From Candidatus Hadarchaeales archaeon (GTDB lineage: Archaea > Hadarchaeota > Hadarchaeia > Hadarchaeales > WYZ-LMO6), in assembly GCA_038851755.1 (NCBI GenBank), contig JAWCKR010000007.1, positions 1-64,000 on the forward strand: a stretch of DNA of 64,000 nucleotides. The letters run 5' to 3'. The translations under genes and the position numbers were made by a program. Positions 1 to 9,686 of the stretch are shown in pieces. The notes under the pieces were generated by a model that saw only the letters and a list, made by a program, of their open reading frames with translations, was not told the DNA's origin and did no database searches. Position 1 is the first letter of the stretch; the number at the start of each line of letters is the position of its first letter.

Positions 1-390
1 TGGAGATCTCAGGAAAAGCATCACCTGGTTGACATCGAACCAGTCCGTCTCGGTGAGTTCCCTGCAAAGGGTGGTACCGTACTCCTCCTGGAACCACTTC
101 ACCAGCCGCTGGGCGGGGTCGAAGGACGCCAGCAACCCCTCTATTCCCTCCTCCATCCGAGCCCTCCCCATCCTGAGACCAAGGACCAGCAGACCTCCGG
201 TGAGAGCCCCGCAGGTCAGCCCCGAATACATACCCCCCACCAGAGAACCCGAAGCCCTGAAAAGGGTTGAGTCACCGAGTCCCAGCGTTTCTTGGAGGGC
301 GCGTACCACCGCCTGCGAACACCCGTGAAATTCCCTTTCGTACCTGGAAGCCAGCTCACCCACTTTCCTCTTGGCCTCCGAACCCTTCAC
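1..390 (-). CDS. C-GCAxxG-C-C family putative redox protein (3' end runs off the window)
   Basis: Not in the ORF track. Manual translation from GTG at 390: ...EFHGCSQAVV...GGMYSGLTCGALTGG...FQEEYGTTLCRELT..., the characteristic C / CGAxxG / C pattern. Confidence 0.8.
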   Translation of the reverse strand, partial: MKGSEAKRKVGELASRYEREFHGCSQAVVRALQETLGLGDSTLFRASGSLVGGMYSGLTCGALTGGLLVLGLRMGRARMEEGIEGLLASFDPAQRLVKWFQEEYGTTLCRELTETDWFDVNQVMLFLRSP

Positions 391-529
391 ATTTGTTTTT
401 CTTTTCTCTGAGTATTAAACTTGCCGACGAACTCACATCAAACTCAGAATCGCTATACACCTTCCTTTGGAGGGTTTGTCCTCAAACCAACTCGCGGAAA
501 AGTCCAAGGGAGCTCCGAGGGTTGACAAG

Positions 530-1327
530 CTAGGGTACGGGCAAAAGGCGCGTGTTCTCCGCCAGAGCCCTGTCCCATCCCTCCAGAACCGTGACCGTGA
601 GGCTCCTCTTTCCGGGGAGGCTGTAGAAAGAGCTCTCCCACTCCCATTCCCTCTTCCCCGGCAACAGCCACTCGGCCACGTATCTGCCCCCCACCTCGGT
701 GTTCTCCAGCCTCCACTTCACCGCCAGCACATACGCGGGGAGGTCTCCCGAGTTGAGCAGCTCCACCCTCACGGACCTCAGCTCGTAGAAGTTGAAGCAG
801 TGATTCTCCAGCATCTTCTCCCTGTCAGCCCAGGGGTAGTTCTCCAGCAGCCCTTCGATGAACTCCTCCAGCTTCCGCTCCGGGTCCTCCCCAGGGTAAA
901 GCCTCTGCACCTCCCTCAGGAGGTTCTCCCAGGGCCAGCTCTCACCCCTCCAGCCGAAGGACACCTCTCCCACCTCCACTCTGGGTCCCGAAAAGGAGAG
1001 GAGGTTCTCCACGACCTTCCTCCCCCGGTACTCGAAGACGAGCCTGTAGGTCCCGCCTCTGGGAGAACTCCCCTTCGGCGAAAGGAGGAGGGAAGCTGAG
1101 GAGGCGTTCTCGGGCAAGGAAAGCTGGTCGAGCTTTTCCCCTTCGGGACCAAACAGGGTGACTTGAACGCACCTGTGGGTGGAGTAAAAGAGCTCCAGCT
1201 CCAGGTTTTCCCCAGCCACCAAGGAATGACCCAAGAACCTGAACCCCGGACCCTCCTCGCGCAAAAACCACCAGCCCCCCAGGAGGAGCGGAAGCAGGAG
1301 TAAAGGTAGGAGGACCACCTTCCTCAT
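530..1327 (-). CDS. Hypothetical membrane-anchored or secreted protein
   Basis: N-terminal MRK plus hydrophobic stretch, then beta-rich segments; genome-typical codon usage. Confidence 0.7.
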   Translation of the reverse strand: MRKVVLLPLLLLPLLLGGWWFLREEGPGFRFLGHSLVAGENLELELFYSTHRCVQVTLFGPEGEKLDQLSLPENASSASLLLSPKGSSPRGGTYRLVFEYRGRKVVENLLSFSGPRVEVGEVSFGWRGESWPWENLLREVQRLYPGEDPERKLEEFIEGLLENYPWADREKMLENHCFNFYELRSVRVELLNSGDLPAYVLAVKWRLENTEVGGRYVAEWLLPGKREWEWESSFYSLPGKRSLTVTVLEGWDRALAENTRLLPVP

Positions 1328-1402
1328 CCACTCACCTTGAGAACCCTCAAGTCTCTATCAACCTCTACCCTACTTATTAACTCCCTTACCCAAAGGAATC
1401 CG

Positions 1403-2323
1403 GTGGCTTGGGAAGGGGAACCTAGGGTGGTGGAACTCTCCCCGGGCGTCTACGCCTACCTCCAGCCCAGGGGGGAATGGTTCGTGAACAACGCAGGGTT
1501 CCTGGTGGGGAAGAGGGAGGTGGTGGTAATCGATTCCTTGGCAAGCGTCAGGAGGGCGGAGAGGTTCCTGGCGGAAATCCGGAGGATCACGGACCTCCCT
1601 GTCCGGTACCTCGTCAACACCCACGCCCACCCCGACCACCTCTGGACCAACCACCTCTTCCGTCCCTCCCTCACCCTCTGTCACTCCAGGTGCAGGGAAG
1701 ACACCCTGAGGGAGGGGGAGGTAGACCCGCACCTCTACCTCGCCCTCTTCCCCCAGCTGGAGGTGGAAGGGGTGAAGGTCTCCCCCCAGGACCTGACCTT
1801 CGAGCAGGGACTCACCCTCTATCAGGAAACGGAGGAAGGGGAGAGGGAAATCAGGATGGTCCATCCAGGCCCGGCCCACACCCAGGGGGACCTCTTCCTC
1901 CACCTTCCCAGGGAGGGGGTGGTCTTCTGCGGCGATCTCCTCTTCTCTCCCCCCTGCACTCCCTTCGTTCTCATGGGTTCGGTGAAGGGTTCCATCAAAA
2001 CCCTGGAACTCCTCAAGTCCCTGAGGGCCAGGGTTTACGTGCCAGGGCATGGGCCCCCGAGCTGGGGGGAGGAGGCCCTGGAGAAAGCGACGGGGTACCT
2101 GAGGTTGGTCTGGAGGGAAGCGGAAAGGGGAGTGAGGGAAGGAAAACCCGTGGAAAAGATCATGGAGGAAATGGACCTCGGTGAGTACGGGGGATGGACG
2201 GAGGGAGAGAGGCTGCTGGGGAACCTGGAGAGGGCGTACCGTGAGCTGAGGGGAGAACCGGAGATGGGGAGGGAGGAAATCCTGCAGGTGATGGTGAGGA
2301 TGTGGGAACATCGAAAAGAATGA
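1403..2323 (+). CDS. MBL-fold metallo-hydrolase (cyclase-like)
   Basis: NTHAHPDH, AHTQGD, GDLL and PGHG motifs. Start placed at GTG 1403, ~25 nt after TATA-like CTTATTAA. Confidence 0.85.
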   Translation: MAWEGEPRVVELSPGVYAYLQPRGEWFVNNAGFLVGKREVVVIDSLASVRRAERFLAEIRRITDLPVRYLVNTHAHPDHLWTNHLFRPSLTLCHSRCREDTLREGEVDPHLYLALFPQLEVEGVKVSPQDLTFEQGLTLYQETEEGEREIRMVHPGPAHTQGDLFLHLPREGVVFCGDLLFSPPCTPFVLMGSVKGSIKTLELLKSLRARVYVPGHGPPSWGEEALEKATGYLRLVWREAERGVREGKPVEKIMEEMDLGEYGGWTEGERLLGNLERAYRELRGEPEMGREEILQVMVRMWEHRKE

Positions 2324-3156
2324 GAATCGCCCTGAGGCTGGCCTACGAAGGGTCCTCCTTCCACGGCTTCGCACGCCAGCCGAGCGAGCGCACGGTGGAA
2401 GGGGTTCTTCTCCAAGCCCTCGTAAGGGCCGGTCTCCTGGAGAGCCCCAGGGAGGCTGGATACGAGGCCGCGGCACGCACCGACCGTGGGGTGGGGGCCC
2501 TCGAACAGGTGGTGGCCTTCGATTCACCTCGCCTCCCGAGCTTGGAAGAGCTCAACTCCCTCTCCCCTCCCGACCTCACCGTCCTGGCGGTGGCCGTGGT
2601 TCCCACCGCCTTCAGTCCCAGGAGGATGGCCCTCTTCAGGCATTACAGGTACATCCTCCCCCTTCCAGAGCCCTTCGACCTCCGTGAAGCCAGAAGGGCA
2701 GCCAAGCTCCTGGAAACTGCGCACGAGTTTACACCTTTCTGCAAACCCGAATCGGGTCGCCACCGCTCCTGCAAGCTCTTCCTCGCGGGGATCAGAACTG
2801 AGGGAGGGGTGCTGAAGGCAGATTTCTTGGCCACCAACTTCCTCTACCACCAGGTGAGGAGGATGATGGGCGCCCTCCTCTCAGTGGGGGAGGGAAAGAT
2901 GAGGCTGGACGAACTCTGGGGACTCACGAGGATGGGGGGAAGAACGCGATGGGAACCCGCTCCTCCTGAGGGCCTCTTCCTGGCGAGGGTGGGATACAGG
3001 GATCTCAGGCTTCACCCAGACCTTCGTGCGGCGCAGAGATTCTCGAACTACCTGAGTGGCTTCCCAGGTCTTAGAAGCAGGGAAATGCGCAGGCTCCTGG
3101 AGGAGGAGTTCAAGCATTTAAATAGGGGGAGAACGGGAAAATTTCGGGTATGGTAA
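2320..3156 (+). CDS. truA: tRNA pseudouridine(38-40) synthase TruA
   Basis: AYEGSSFHGFARQP, ARTDRGV (catalytic Asp), FLYHQVRRMMG, APPEGLFL. Confidence 0.92.
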   Translation: MRIALRLAYEGSSFHGFARQPSERTVEGVLLQALVRAGLLESPREAGYEAAARTDRGVGALEQVVAFDSPRLPSLEELNSLSPPDLTVLAVAVVPTAFSPRRMALFRHYRYILPLPEPFDLREARRAAKLLETAHEFTPFCKPESGRHRSCKLFLAGIRTEGGVLKADFLATNFLYHQVRRMMGALLSVGEGKMRLDELWGLTRMGGRTRWEPAPPEGLFLARVGYRDLRLHPDLRAAQRFSNYLSGFPGLRSREMRRLLEEEFKHLNRGRTGKFRVW

Positions 3157-3935
3157 GGGACTTCTCGAAGGCGGAGAGAATCGTGGTGAAGGTGGGTACC
3201 AGTAGCCTGACGGGCAGAAACTCCAAGCTGGACCCCCTGAAGGTGAAGAAGATCGTGAAGGAGGTGATGAGCCTCAGGAGGAAGGGAAAGGAAGTGCTGC
3301 TGGTGACTTCCGGGGCCATAGGGGCGGGAGTGGGAAGGCTGGGGATGAAGGAGAGGCCCAAGGAGCTCCCCATGCTGCAGGCCGCAGCCGCGGTGGGGCA
3401 GGGGATCCTGATGAGGGTTTACGAGAGATACTTCGGGAAGCACGGACAGCCCATCGCCCAGCTGCTGCTCACCAAGGAGGACTTCGTCCATCCGGAGAGA
3501 AGCAGGAACCTGAAGAACACCCTCAGGTCCCTCCGCAGCTGGGGGGTGGTCCCCGTGGTGAACGAGAACGACAGCGTGGCCGTGGAGGAGATCAAGTTCG
3601 GGGACAACGACCTTCTCTCCGCCCACCTGGCCATCCTCTCCGGGGCCGACCTCCTGGTCCTCCTCTCCGATGTGAACGGGCTCTACACGGGGGACCCCAA
3701 GCGAGAGAAGGGGGTCAGGCTCCTCCACGAGGTGAGGGAGTTCACCCCCCAGCTGGAAAGGCTGGCCGGGGGGAAAGGTTTTGGCGGGATGAGGACCAAG
3801 CTCCGGGCAGCCAAGCTCGCCTGCTCCGCAGGAATACCCGTGGTGGTGGCCAGGGCGGGGGAGAAAAATGTGCTTGAGCGCCTGCTGAAGGGGGAGGAGG
3901 TGGGTACTCTCTTCCTCCCAGAGGTGAGGAAATGA
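3150..3935 (+). CDS. proB: Glutamate 5-kinase (no PUA domain)
   Basis: VVKVGTSSLT, VTSGAI, NENDSV, FGDNDLLSA, GGMRTKL. Confidence 0.95.
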   Translation: MVRDFSKAERIVVKVGTSSLTGRNSKLDPLKVKKIVKEVMSLRRKGKEVLLVTSGAIGAGVGRLGMKERPKELPMLQAAAAVGQGILMRVYERYFGKHGQPIAQLLLTKEDFVHPERSRNLKNTLRSLRSWGVVPVVNENDSVAVEEIKFGDNDLLSAHLAILSGADLLVLLSDVNGLYTGDPKREKGVRLLHEVREFTPQLERLAGGKGFGGMRTKLRAAKLACSAGIPVVVARAGEKNVLERLLKGEEVGTLFLPEVRK

Positions 3936-5251
3936 GGAAGCTGCTGGAAGGAATGAGAAAGGCCCGGGAAGCCTCCCTCCTGCTGGCCACGCTGAGCACG
4001 GAGGTGAAGGACGCGGCCCTGAGGGAGGCTGCCAAGGCGGTGAGGGAGCACCGTGCAGAGCTGCTGGAGGCCAACCTGAAGGACGTGGAGGCTGCCGAGA
4101 GGAGGAGGCTCTCCGGACCCCTGGTGGAGAGGCTGAAGCTGAGCGAGTCGAAGCTCGAGGCCATCTCCAGGATGATAGAGAGCGTGGCGGAGCTGGAGGA
4201 CCCAGTGGGCAAGACCCTCTACGCCTGCGAGCTGGACGAGGGGCTCGAGCTCTACAGGGTCTCCTGCCCCATAGGGGTGGTGGGAGCCATCTTCGAGTCC
4301 AGACCCGATGTGCTTCCCCAGATCTCCTCCCTCTGCCTCAAATCGGGGAACGCCGTGGTCCTGAAGGGGGGGAGGGAGGCCAAGCGCTCCAACCGGGCTT
4401 TCTTCCAGCTCCTCAAGGAGGTCACCGAGGGCAAGGGGGTGCCCGAGGGCTGGATGCAGCTGGTGGAGGACAGGGAGGAGGTCCGGAAGCTCCTGAAGCT
4501 GGAGGAGTACGTGGACCTGCTGGTCCCGAGGGGGAGCAAGGAGTTCATCAAGTTCATCCAGAGGAACACCAGGATCCCCGTGCTGGGTCACGCGGAGGGG
4601 GTTTGCCATGTGTACGTGGACGAGCACGCGGACTTCGACAAAGCCCTCGAGATCTGCTACGACTCCAAGGTCCAGTACCCCGCCGTGTGCAACGCCGCCG
4701 AGAAGGTGCTGGTACACGCGAAGGTGGCGGAGGAGTTCCTGCCCAGGCTTGTGGAGATGTACTCCAAGGCCGGGGTGGAGGTGAGGGGGTGCGAGAGGAC
4801 CAGGGCCCTCGTGAAGGTGAAGAAGGCAAGGGAGGAGGACTGGTACGCCGAGTACCTGGACCTCATCATAGCCGTGAAGGTGGTGGACAGCCTGGAAGAG
4901 GCCATCTCGCACATCAACCACTACGGCTCCAAGCACACCGACGCCATCGTCACGGAGGACCGGGAGACGGCCGTCAGGTTCATGGAGGGGGTGGATTCCT
5001 CCTCCGTGATGTGGAACGCCTCTACCAGGTTCAGCGACGGCTATCGGTACGGGCTGGGGGCGGAGGTGGGAATAAGCACGGGAAAGCTCCACGCGAGGGG
5101 ACCTGTGGGACTGGAAGGGCTCACCACCTACAAGTACTATCTGGTGGGGGGTGGACACGTGGTGGCCCCCTACCTCTCCTCTCCACCCAGACCCTTCCTC
5201 CACCGCAAGCTCGAGAAGACCTGGAAAGAGGTGAGGGAGGGGAAGGCCTGA
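3932..5251 (+). CDS. proA: Gamma-glutamyl phosphate reductase
   Basis: IFESRP, LKGGREA, CNAAE, NASTRFSDG, GISTGKLHARGPVGL. Confidence 0.96.
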   Translation: MRKLLEGMRKAREASLLLATLSTEVKDAALREAAKAVREHRAELLEANLKDVEAAERRRLSGPLVERLKLSESKLEAISRMIESVAELEDPVGKTLYACELDEGLELYRVSCPIGVVGAIFESRPDVLPQISSLCLKSGNAVVLKGGREAKRSNRAFFQLLKEVTEGKGVPEGWMQLVEDREEVRKLLKLEEYVDLLVPRGSKEFIKFIQRNTRIPVLGHAEGVCHVYVDEHADFDKALEICYDSKVQYPAVCNAAEKVLVHAKVAEEFLPRLVEMYSKAGVEVRGCERTRALVKVKKAREEDWYAEYLDLIIAVKVVDSLEEAISHINHYGSKHTDAIVTEDRETAVRFMEGVDSSSVMWNASTRFSDGYRYGLGAEVGISTGKLHARGPVGLEGLTTYKYYLVGGGHVVAPYLSSPPRPFLHRKLEKTWKEVREGKA

Positions 5252-6036
5252 AGGTCGGCATCATAGGAGGGGGGAGGCTGGGGTCCTTCCTCTTGAGGGG
5301 CCTGCTGAGGGCAGGATTCTCGCAGGGGGAACTGGTGGTGTGCGAGAAGGAAGGGGAAAGGGCCGAAGCCCTCTCCCGCCAGCTGGGGGTGAGGGTGGTG
5401 AGGAGGTGCGACCCCCTGCTCGAGGAGTCGGAGGTGATCTTCATAGCCGTAAAACCCGGGGACCTGGGGGAGGTGCTGAGGGAGATGGGGGGAAAGGCCG
5501 AGGGAAAGGTGGTGATTTCCTGCGTGGCCGGCGCCCCCCTCGGGAAGGTGGAGGGGGGACTGAAGGGGGCGAGGGTCTTCAGGCTCATGCCCAACCTGGC
5601 GTGCGCGGTGGGGGAAGGGGTGATGGTCTACTCCCCCTCCGGGAGCGCCGGGGAGAAGGAAAGGGCCACGGTGGAGGAGCTGCTGGGAAAGCTGGGAACC
5701 CCCGTGGAGGTTCCGGAGGAGAGGATGAATGCGGTGACCGCCCTGAGCGGGAGCGGACCGGCCTACTTCTCTCTGGTGATCAAAGCGCTGGCGGAGGCCG
5801 CGGAAGAGCTGGGGATGCCGGGAGAGGAAGCCCTGAGGCTGGCCTCCCAGACGGCGAAGGGGACGGGGAAGATGCTCCTGGAGCTGGGGCTCACCCCCGA
5901 AGAGCTGATAAGGATGGTGGCCTCCCCGGGGGGGACCACAGAGGCCGCCCTTTTGGAACTGGAGAGGGGAAAAGTTTTTGAAGCCTTCAAGCGAGCGTTA
6001 AAGGCCGCCTGGAGAAGGGCTGGAGAGCTGAAATGA
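5248..6036 (+). CDS. proC: Pyrroline-5-carboxylate reductase (probable CTG start)
   Basis: KVGIIGGGRLG Rossmann motif, RLMPN, ALSGSGPAY, VASPGGTT. It is the C-terminal part of ORF 4603..6036. Confidence 0.92.
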   Translation: MKVGIIGGGRLGSFLLRGLLRAGFSQGELVVCEKEGERAEALSRQLGVRVVRRCDPLLEESEVIFIAVKPGDLGEVLREMGGKAEGKVVISCVAGAPLGKVEGGLKGARVFRLMPNLACAVGEGVMVYSPSGSAGEKERATVEELLGKLGTPVEVPEERMNAVTALSGSGPAYFSLVIKALAEAAEELGMPGEEALRLASQTAKGTGKMLLELGLTPEELIRMVASPGGTTEAALLELERGKVFEAFKRALKAAWRRAGELK

Positions 6037-6500
6037 GGTTCAAGAAAGTGGCTGCCGGCGGGACCTTCGACCACCTCCATGACGGGCACCTGGCCCTCCT
6101 GAAGAAAGCCTTCGAGATGGGGGAGAGGGTCTACCTGGGGGTGTGCTCGGACGAGATGGCCCAGCCCAAGGGGTGCCGCGTGCAGCCCCTGGGCCAGAGG
6201 CTGGGGAGGCTGCTGGAGACGGTCTTCACCGAGTTCGGGGAGGAGAGGGCGGAGGTGGTGGTGATCCGGGACCCCTACGGCCCGGCGGTCTCGGATCCCG
6301 AGCTCGAAGCCATCGTGGTGAGCCCCGAGACCAAGGTGAGGGCCGAGGAGATCAACAGGCTCAGGAAGGAGAGGGGCCTGAGGGAACTGGAGATCATAGA
6401 GATACCCTTCGTGCTGGCGGAGGACGGGAAACCCATCTCCTCCACGCGGATTCGGAAGGGGGAAATAGATCCCCACGGCAAATTGATTAAAAAGGAGTGA
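6033..6500 (+). CDS. coaD: Archaeal phosphopantetheine adenylyltransferase
   Basis: GGTFDHLHDGH (HxGH), IVVSPET, ISSTRIR; adjacent to coaBC. Confidence 0.9.
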   Translation: MRFKKVAAGGTFDHLHDGHLALLKKAFEMGERVYLGVCSDEMAQPKGCRVQPLGQRLGRLLETVFTEFGEERAEVVVIRDPYGPAVSDPELEAIVVSPETKVRAEEINRLRKERGLRELEIIEIPFVLAEDGKPISSTRIRKGEIDPHGKLIKKE

Positions 6501-7687
6501 GAGAGGTCGTTTTGGTGGCGGGAAGAAAGGTCCTCCTCTGTCTCACGGGCAGTGCAGCCATCATGAGGGGTCCGGAGCTCGCCAGGGAGTTCATCAGGGA
6601 AGGGGCCGAGGTGAGGGTGGTGATGAGTCCCAGTGCCGCACAGCTCCTCTCCCCAACCCTCATGCACTGGGCCACGGGAAGGGAGGTGGTCACCTCTCTC
6701 ACCGGCGACCTCGAACACATCAAGCTCTCCGAGTGGGCGGACGCTGTGGTGGTGGCGCCTGCGACTGCCAGCACGCTGGGGAAGCTCGCCTGGGGCATAG
6801 CGGACACACCCGTCACGGCTACGGTGATCTCCTCCTCAGGCCTGGGGAAACCCGTCTTCCTGGCCCCCGCCATGCACGCCTCCATGTACCTGAGCGGTCC
6901 CGTACAGGACAGCGTCAGAAAGTTGGCGGAGAAAGGCTTCTTCCTGATAGGACCCGTCCTGCTGGAGGGGAGGGCGAAGATGGCCGAGCCGAGGGAGATA
7001 GTCCTCAGGGTGATGTTCCACCGGCCCCAGGACCTCAAGGGCCTCAGGGTGGCGGTGACGGCGGGACCCACCCTGGAACCCATAGACAGGGTGAAGATGA
7101 TCACCAACCTGAGCTCCGGGAAGATGGGAATAGCCGTAGCCAGGATGGCCGCCCTCCGGGGGGCGGAGGTGGTCCTCATCTACGGGCCGGGAACGGAAAA
7201 GCCGCCCGAGGGGGTGAAGGTGGTGAGGGTGAGGACCACTCAGGAGATGAAGGAGGCGCTGGAGAGGGAGGTCAGGGAGGGGGTAGACCTGGTGGTGGCG
7301 GCCGCGGCGGCTCAGGACCTGAGGGTGGAGAGGCCCTTCGAGAGGAAGCTCAGGAGCAAGGAAACGGTGGAGCTCAGGTTGGTCCCTGCACCGAGAGTAG
7401 CGGACGGGATCAAAGGGATTTCCTCCAGGACCCTTCTGGTGGGCTTCAAGGCGGAATACGGGGTCCCCGAGGAAGAGCTGGTGGCCCGGGCAAGGGAGAA
7501 GGTGGAAGCCGGCTTTGACCTGGTGGTGGCCAACGACCTCTCGCTGGCTGGGGCGGGCTTTGGAGAGGACACCAACGAGGTGGTGCTGGTCCACAGGTAC
7601 GGAACGGAGAGGATGAAGGGCAGGAAGGAGGAAGTGGCACACCGCCTTCTGGATCTGGCGCTCGAACTCAGATCTCGACATCCCTGA
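6497..7687 (+). CDS. coaBC: Bifunctional PPC decarboxylase / PPC synthetase
   Basis: TGSAA, APATASTLGK, PAMHASM, TAGPTLEPID, NLSSGKMG, VGFKAE, VVAND. Confidence 0.93.
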   Translation: MREVVLVAGRKVLLCLTGSAAIMRGPELAREFIREGAEVRVVMSPSAAQLLSPTLMHWATGREVVTSLTGDLEHIKLSEWADAVVVAPATASTLGKLAWGIADTPVTATVISSSGLGKPVFLAPAMHASMYLSGPVQDSVRKLAEKGFFLIGPVLLEGRAKMAEPREIVLRVMFHRPQDLKGLRVAVTAGPTLEPIDRVKMITNLSSGKMGIAVARMAALRGAEVVLIYGPGTEKPPEGVKVVRVRTTQEMKEALEREVREGVDLVVAAAAAQDLRVERPFERKLRSKETVELRLVPAPRVADGIKGISSRTLLVGFKAEYGVPEEELVARAREKVEAGFDLVVANDLSLAGAGFGEDTNEVVLVHRYGTERMKGRKEEVAHRLLDLALELRSRHP

Positions 7688-7702
7688 AATCGAGGGAATC
7701 CG

Positions 7703-8617
7703 ATGGGGGCTGGGAGAGAAGGGGAGATCAAAACCTTCGTTCCCGCCCACCTCTCAGGGTTCTTCGAGGTGTGCCCCTCCCCGCGACCGGAGAGGATGGG
7801 CTCCAGGAATGGGGGGCCCTGTCTGGAAGTGGGGGTCCTGACCCGCCTGAGGGTGAGGGAGGGGAGAGGTGGGATGAGGATCCTCATCAACGGGAGGAGG
7901 AGGGAGGCCAGAACCAGCTCGTACGTGGCCCGATCTCTTCTGGCGAGGGCTGGGGGAAAGCTCCACCTCGAGGTGGAGCACGAAGTGCAGGTGCCCATGG
8001 GTGCTGGTTACGGGGCCAGCGGGGCCGGGGCCCTGGGTCTGGCGCTTGCCCTCTGCCGGAAGCTGGGGCTGAGGGCCTGGAGGAGGGAAGCGGTGAGGGA
8101 GGCCCACGTGGCCGAGGTGAGGAACCTCACCGGGCTGGGGGACGTGGGGGCCCAGGCCTGGGGTGGGCTGGTGGTGGGGGTAAGACCGGGGGCCCCACCC
8201 TACGGCTCATGGAAGAGGATTCCCGTCCCGACCAAGACCTGGGTGGTCTCCTGCACCCTGGGGGAGCTGAGCACCAGGGAGGTGCTCTCCGACCCTGAGC
8301 TGAAGGAGCGGGCACGCATGCTTGGCAGAAAGGCCTTGGAGAAACTGCTGGCCGAGCCCAAGGTGGACACCTTCCTCCGGGTTTCCCTGGAGTTTGCGGA
8401 AGGTCTCGGCCTGCTGGACCGGGAGCTGAGGGAGGTGGTAAGCCTCTTCACGCAGCTGGGTGCGCTGGGGGCCAGCCAGACCATGCTGGGCAGGGGGGTC
8501 TTCGGATTCGTGCACGAACAAGGGGTGGAGAAGATGGTGGAGGAACTCTCCGGCTCCCTGGGAAAGGGAGCGGTCCTCAGGAGCAGGGTGGACCCAACGG
8601 GGGCCCGCCTGCTCTAG
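7703..8617 (+). CDS. Pantoate kinase (GHMP family)
   Basis: FVPAHLSGFF, PMGAGYGASGA, AHVAEV...TGLGDV, SQTMLG; CoA operon context. Confidence 0.88.
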   Translation: MGAGREGEIKTFVPAHLSGFFEVCPSPRPERMGSRNGGPCLEVGVLTRLRVREGRGGMRILINGRRREARTSSYVARSLLARAGGKLHLEVEHEVQVPMGAGYGASGAGALGLALALCRKLGLRAWRREAVREAHVAEVRNLTGLGDVGAQAWGGLVVGVRPGAPPYGSWKRIPVPTKTWVVSCTLGELSTREVLSDPELKERARMLGRKALEKLLAEPKVDTFLRVSLEFAEGLGLLDRELREVVSLFTQLGALGASQTMLGRGVFGFVHEQGVEKMVEELSGSLGKGAVLRSRVDPTGARLL

Positions 8618-9132
8618 TACCTGTCCCTGTGCACGATCTCCTCCAGCGGTCTGCGGGGCGGGGCCTCGGAGCTCTCGGCACTCTTTCCTATGGGCACGAT
8701 GGCCATGGGACGGACACCGTGGGGAAGGTGAAGGGCCTTCGCCACCTCCCTCTCCGAGAAGGCACCCACCCAGCAGGTGCCGTATCCCAGGCTGGTGGCC
8801 GCCAGGAGGATGTTCTGGGTGGCGGCTGCCGTGTCCTGCACGTAGAAGAGCTCACCTCTCTCCCCGTACCTGCTGGTCGTCCTCTCCACCTCCGCACACA
8901 CCACCACTACCACCGGTGCCTCCCCCACGAAGGGCTGGCCAAAGGCCGCCTCCATCACCTCCTCCTTCACCCTGGGATCCCTCACCACCACCAGCTCAAG
9001 GGGCTGGCAGTTGCCCGCCGAGGGTGCCCAGGAAGCCGCTTCCAGGATCTTCTTCAAATCCTCCTCCGGAACGGGGTCGGACTTGAAGCTCCTCACGCTC
9101 CTCCTCTTCCTTATGGCCTCCAGGGTGTCCAT
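8614..9132 (-). CDS. Nitroreductase family flavoprotein
   Basis: RRSVRSF, APSAGNCQP, QNILLAATSLGYGTCWVG. Confidence 0.92.
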   Translation of the reverse strand: MDTLEAIRKRRSVRSFKSDPVPEEDLKKILEAASWAPSAGNCQPLELVVVRDPRVKEEVMEAAFGQPFVGEAPVVVVVCAEVERTTSRYGERGELFYVQDTAAATQNILLAATSLGYGTCWVGAFSEREVAKALHLPHGVRPMAIVPIGKSAESSEAPPRRPLEEIVHRDRY

Positions 9133-9172
9133 CTCCTATCTATAAAATTGGGGCCGAAAAAAGGGTTTGGGT

Positions 9173-9418
9173 ATGGAAGAGAACGAGGTGGACTGGATAG
9201 CCGCCAAGGCCTGGGAGTTCCTCCAGGACAAGGTGAAGGACGGCCCCCTCACCAAACACGAAGTGGACATGGCGTACGACATCTTCGCCAGACCCAGGGT
9301 GCAAAGGCTCAGACTCTCCGACTTCGAGAGGAGGCAGGTGGAGGACCAGATCATGGCCAAGCTGGAGGAGCGGGCCAAGCAAATGAACCTGGAGCACTGG
9401 GGCAAGGCCGGACTTTAG
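9173..9418 (+). CDS. Small hypothetical helical protein
   Basis: 81-aa ORF with typical codon usage, divergent from the nitroreductase gene. Confidence 0.65.
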   Translation: MEENEVDWIAAKAWEFLQDKVKDGPLTKHEVDMAYDIFARPRVQRLRLSDFERRQVEDQIMAKLEERAKQMNLEHWGKAGL

Positions 9419-9594
9419 ACCAGGATCAGGCCGTAGAGAGCCAGCAGGCAGAGGAAGGTGATGAGGAACATTCCAGCCGCCCACTTCCTAGCCTCCGCCC
9501 TCACGCAGATGTAGCCGAAGAAACCCGCGCCCACCGCCACCAGCACCAGGAAGATCCCCAGCAGGATCTTCCCCACCGTCACCAGCACGGACAT
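9415..9594 (-). CDS. Small 2-TM membrane protein (59 aa)
   Basis: Not in the ORF track. Manual translation MSVLVTVGKILLGIFLVLVAVGAGFFGYICVRAEARKWAAGMFLITFLCLLALYGLILV*; it fills the gap exactly. Confidence 0.7.
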   Translation of the reverse strand: MSVLVTVGKILLGIFLVLVAVGAGFFGYICVRAEARKWAAGMFLITFLCLLALYGLILV

Positions 9595-9686
9595 CGGTTT
9601 ATTTGAAGCGCCCGGCTTTTAACGCTAACGCAGGCACCCCGCTCCACTCGATAAGGTTAAACCCCTATCCCTCAAGGAAAAGGGTG

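Noticed and set aside
4603-5247. Long N-terminal extensions in the ORF track for proC, hydD, mptG, DUF89, CoADR, sufC, ncsA and pncB
   Set aside because: They overlap upstream genes in another frame and are low-complexity; not real fusions.
6860-6990. CoaBC lacking the bacterial PAMN and ACG..G motifs
   Set aside because: PAMH and a Cys-less loop are typical of archaeal CoaBC; not a pseudogene.
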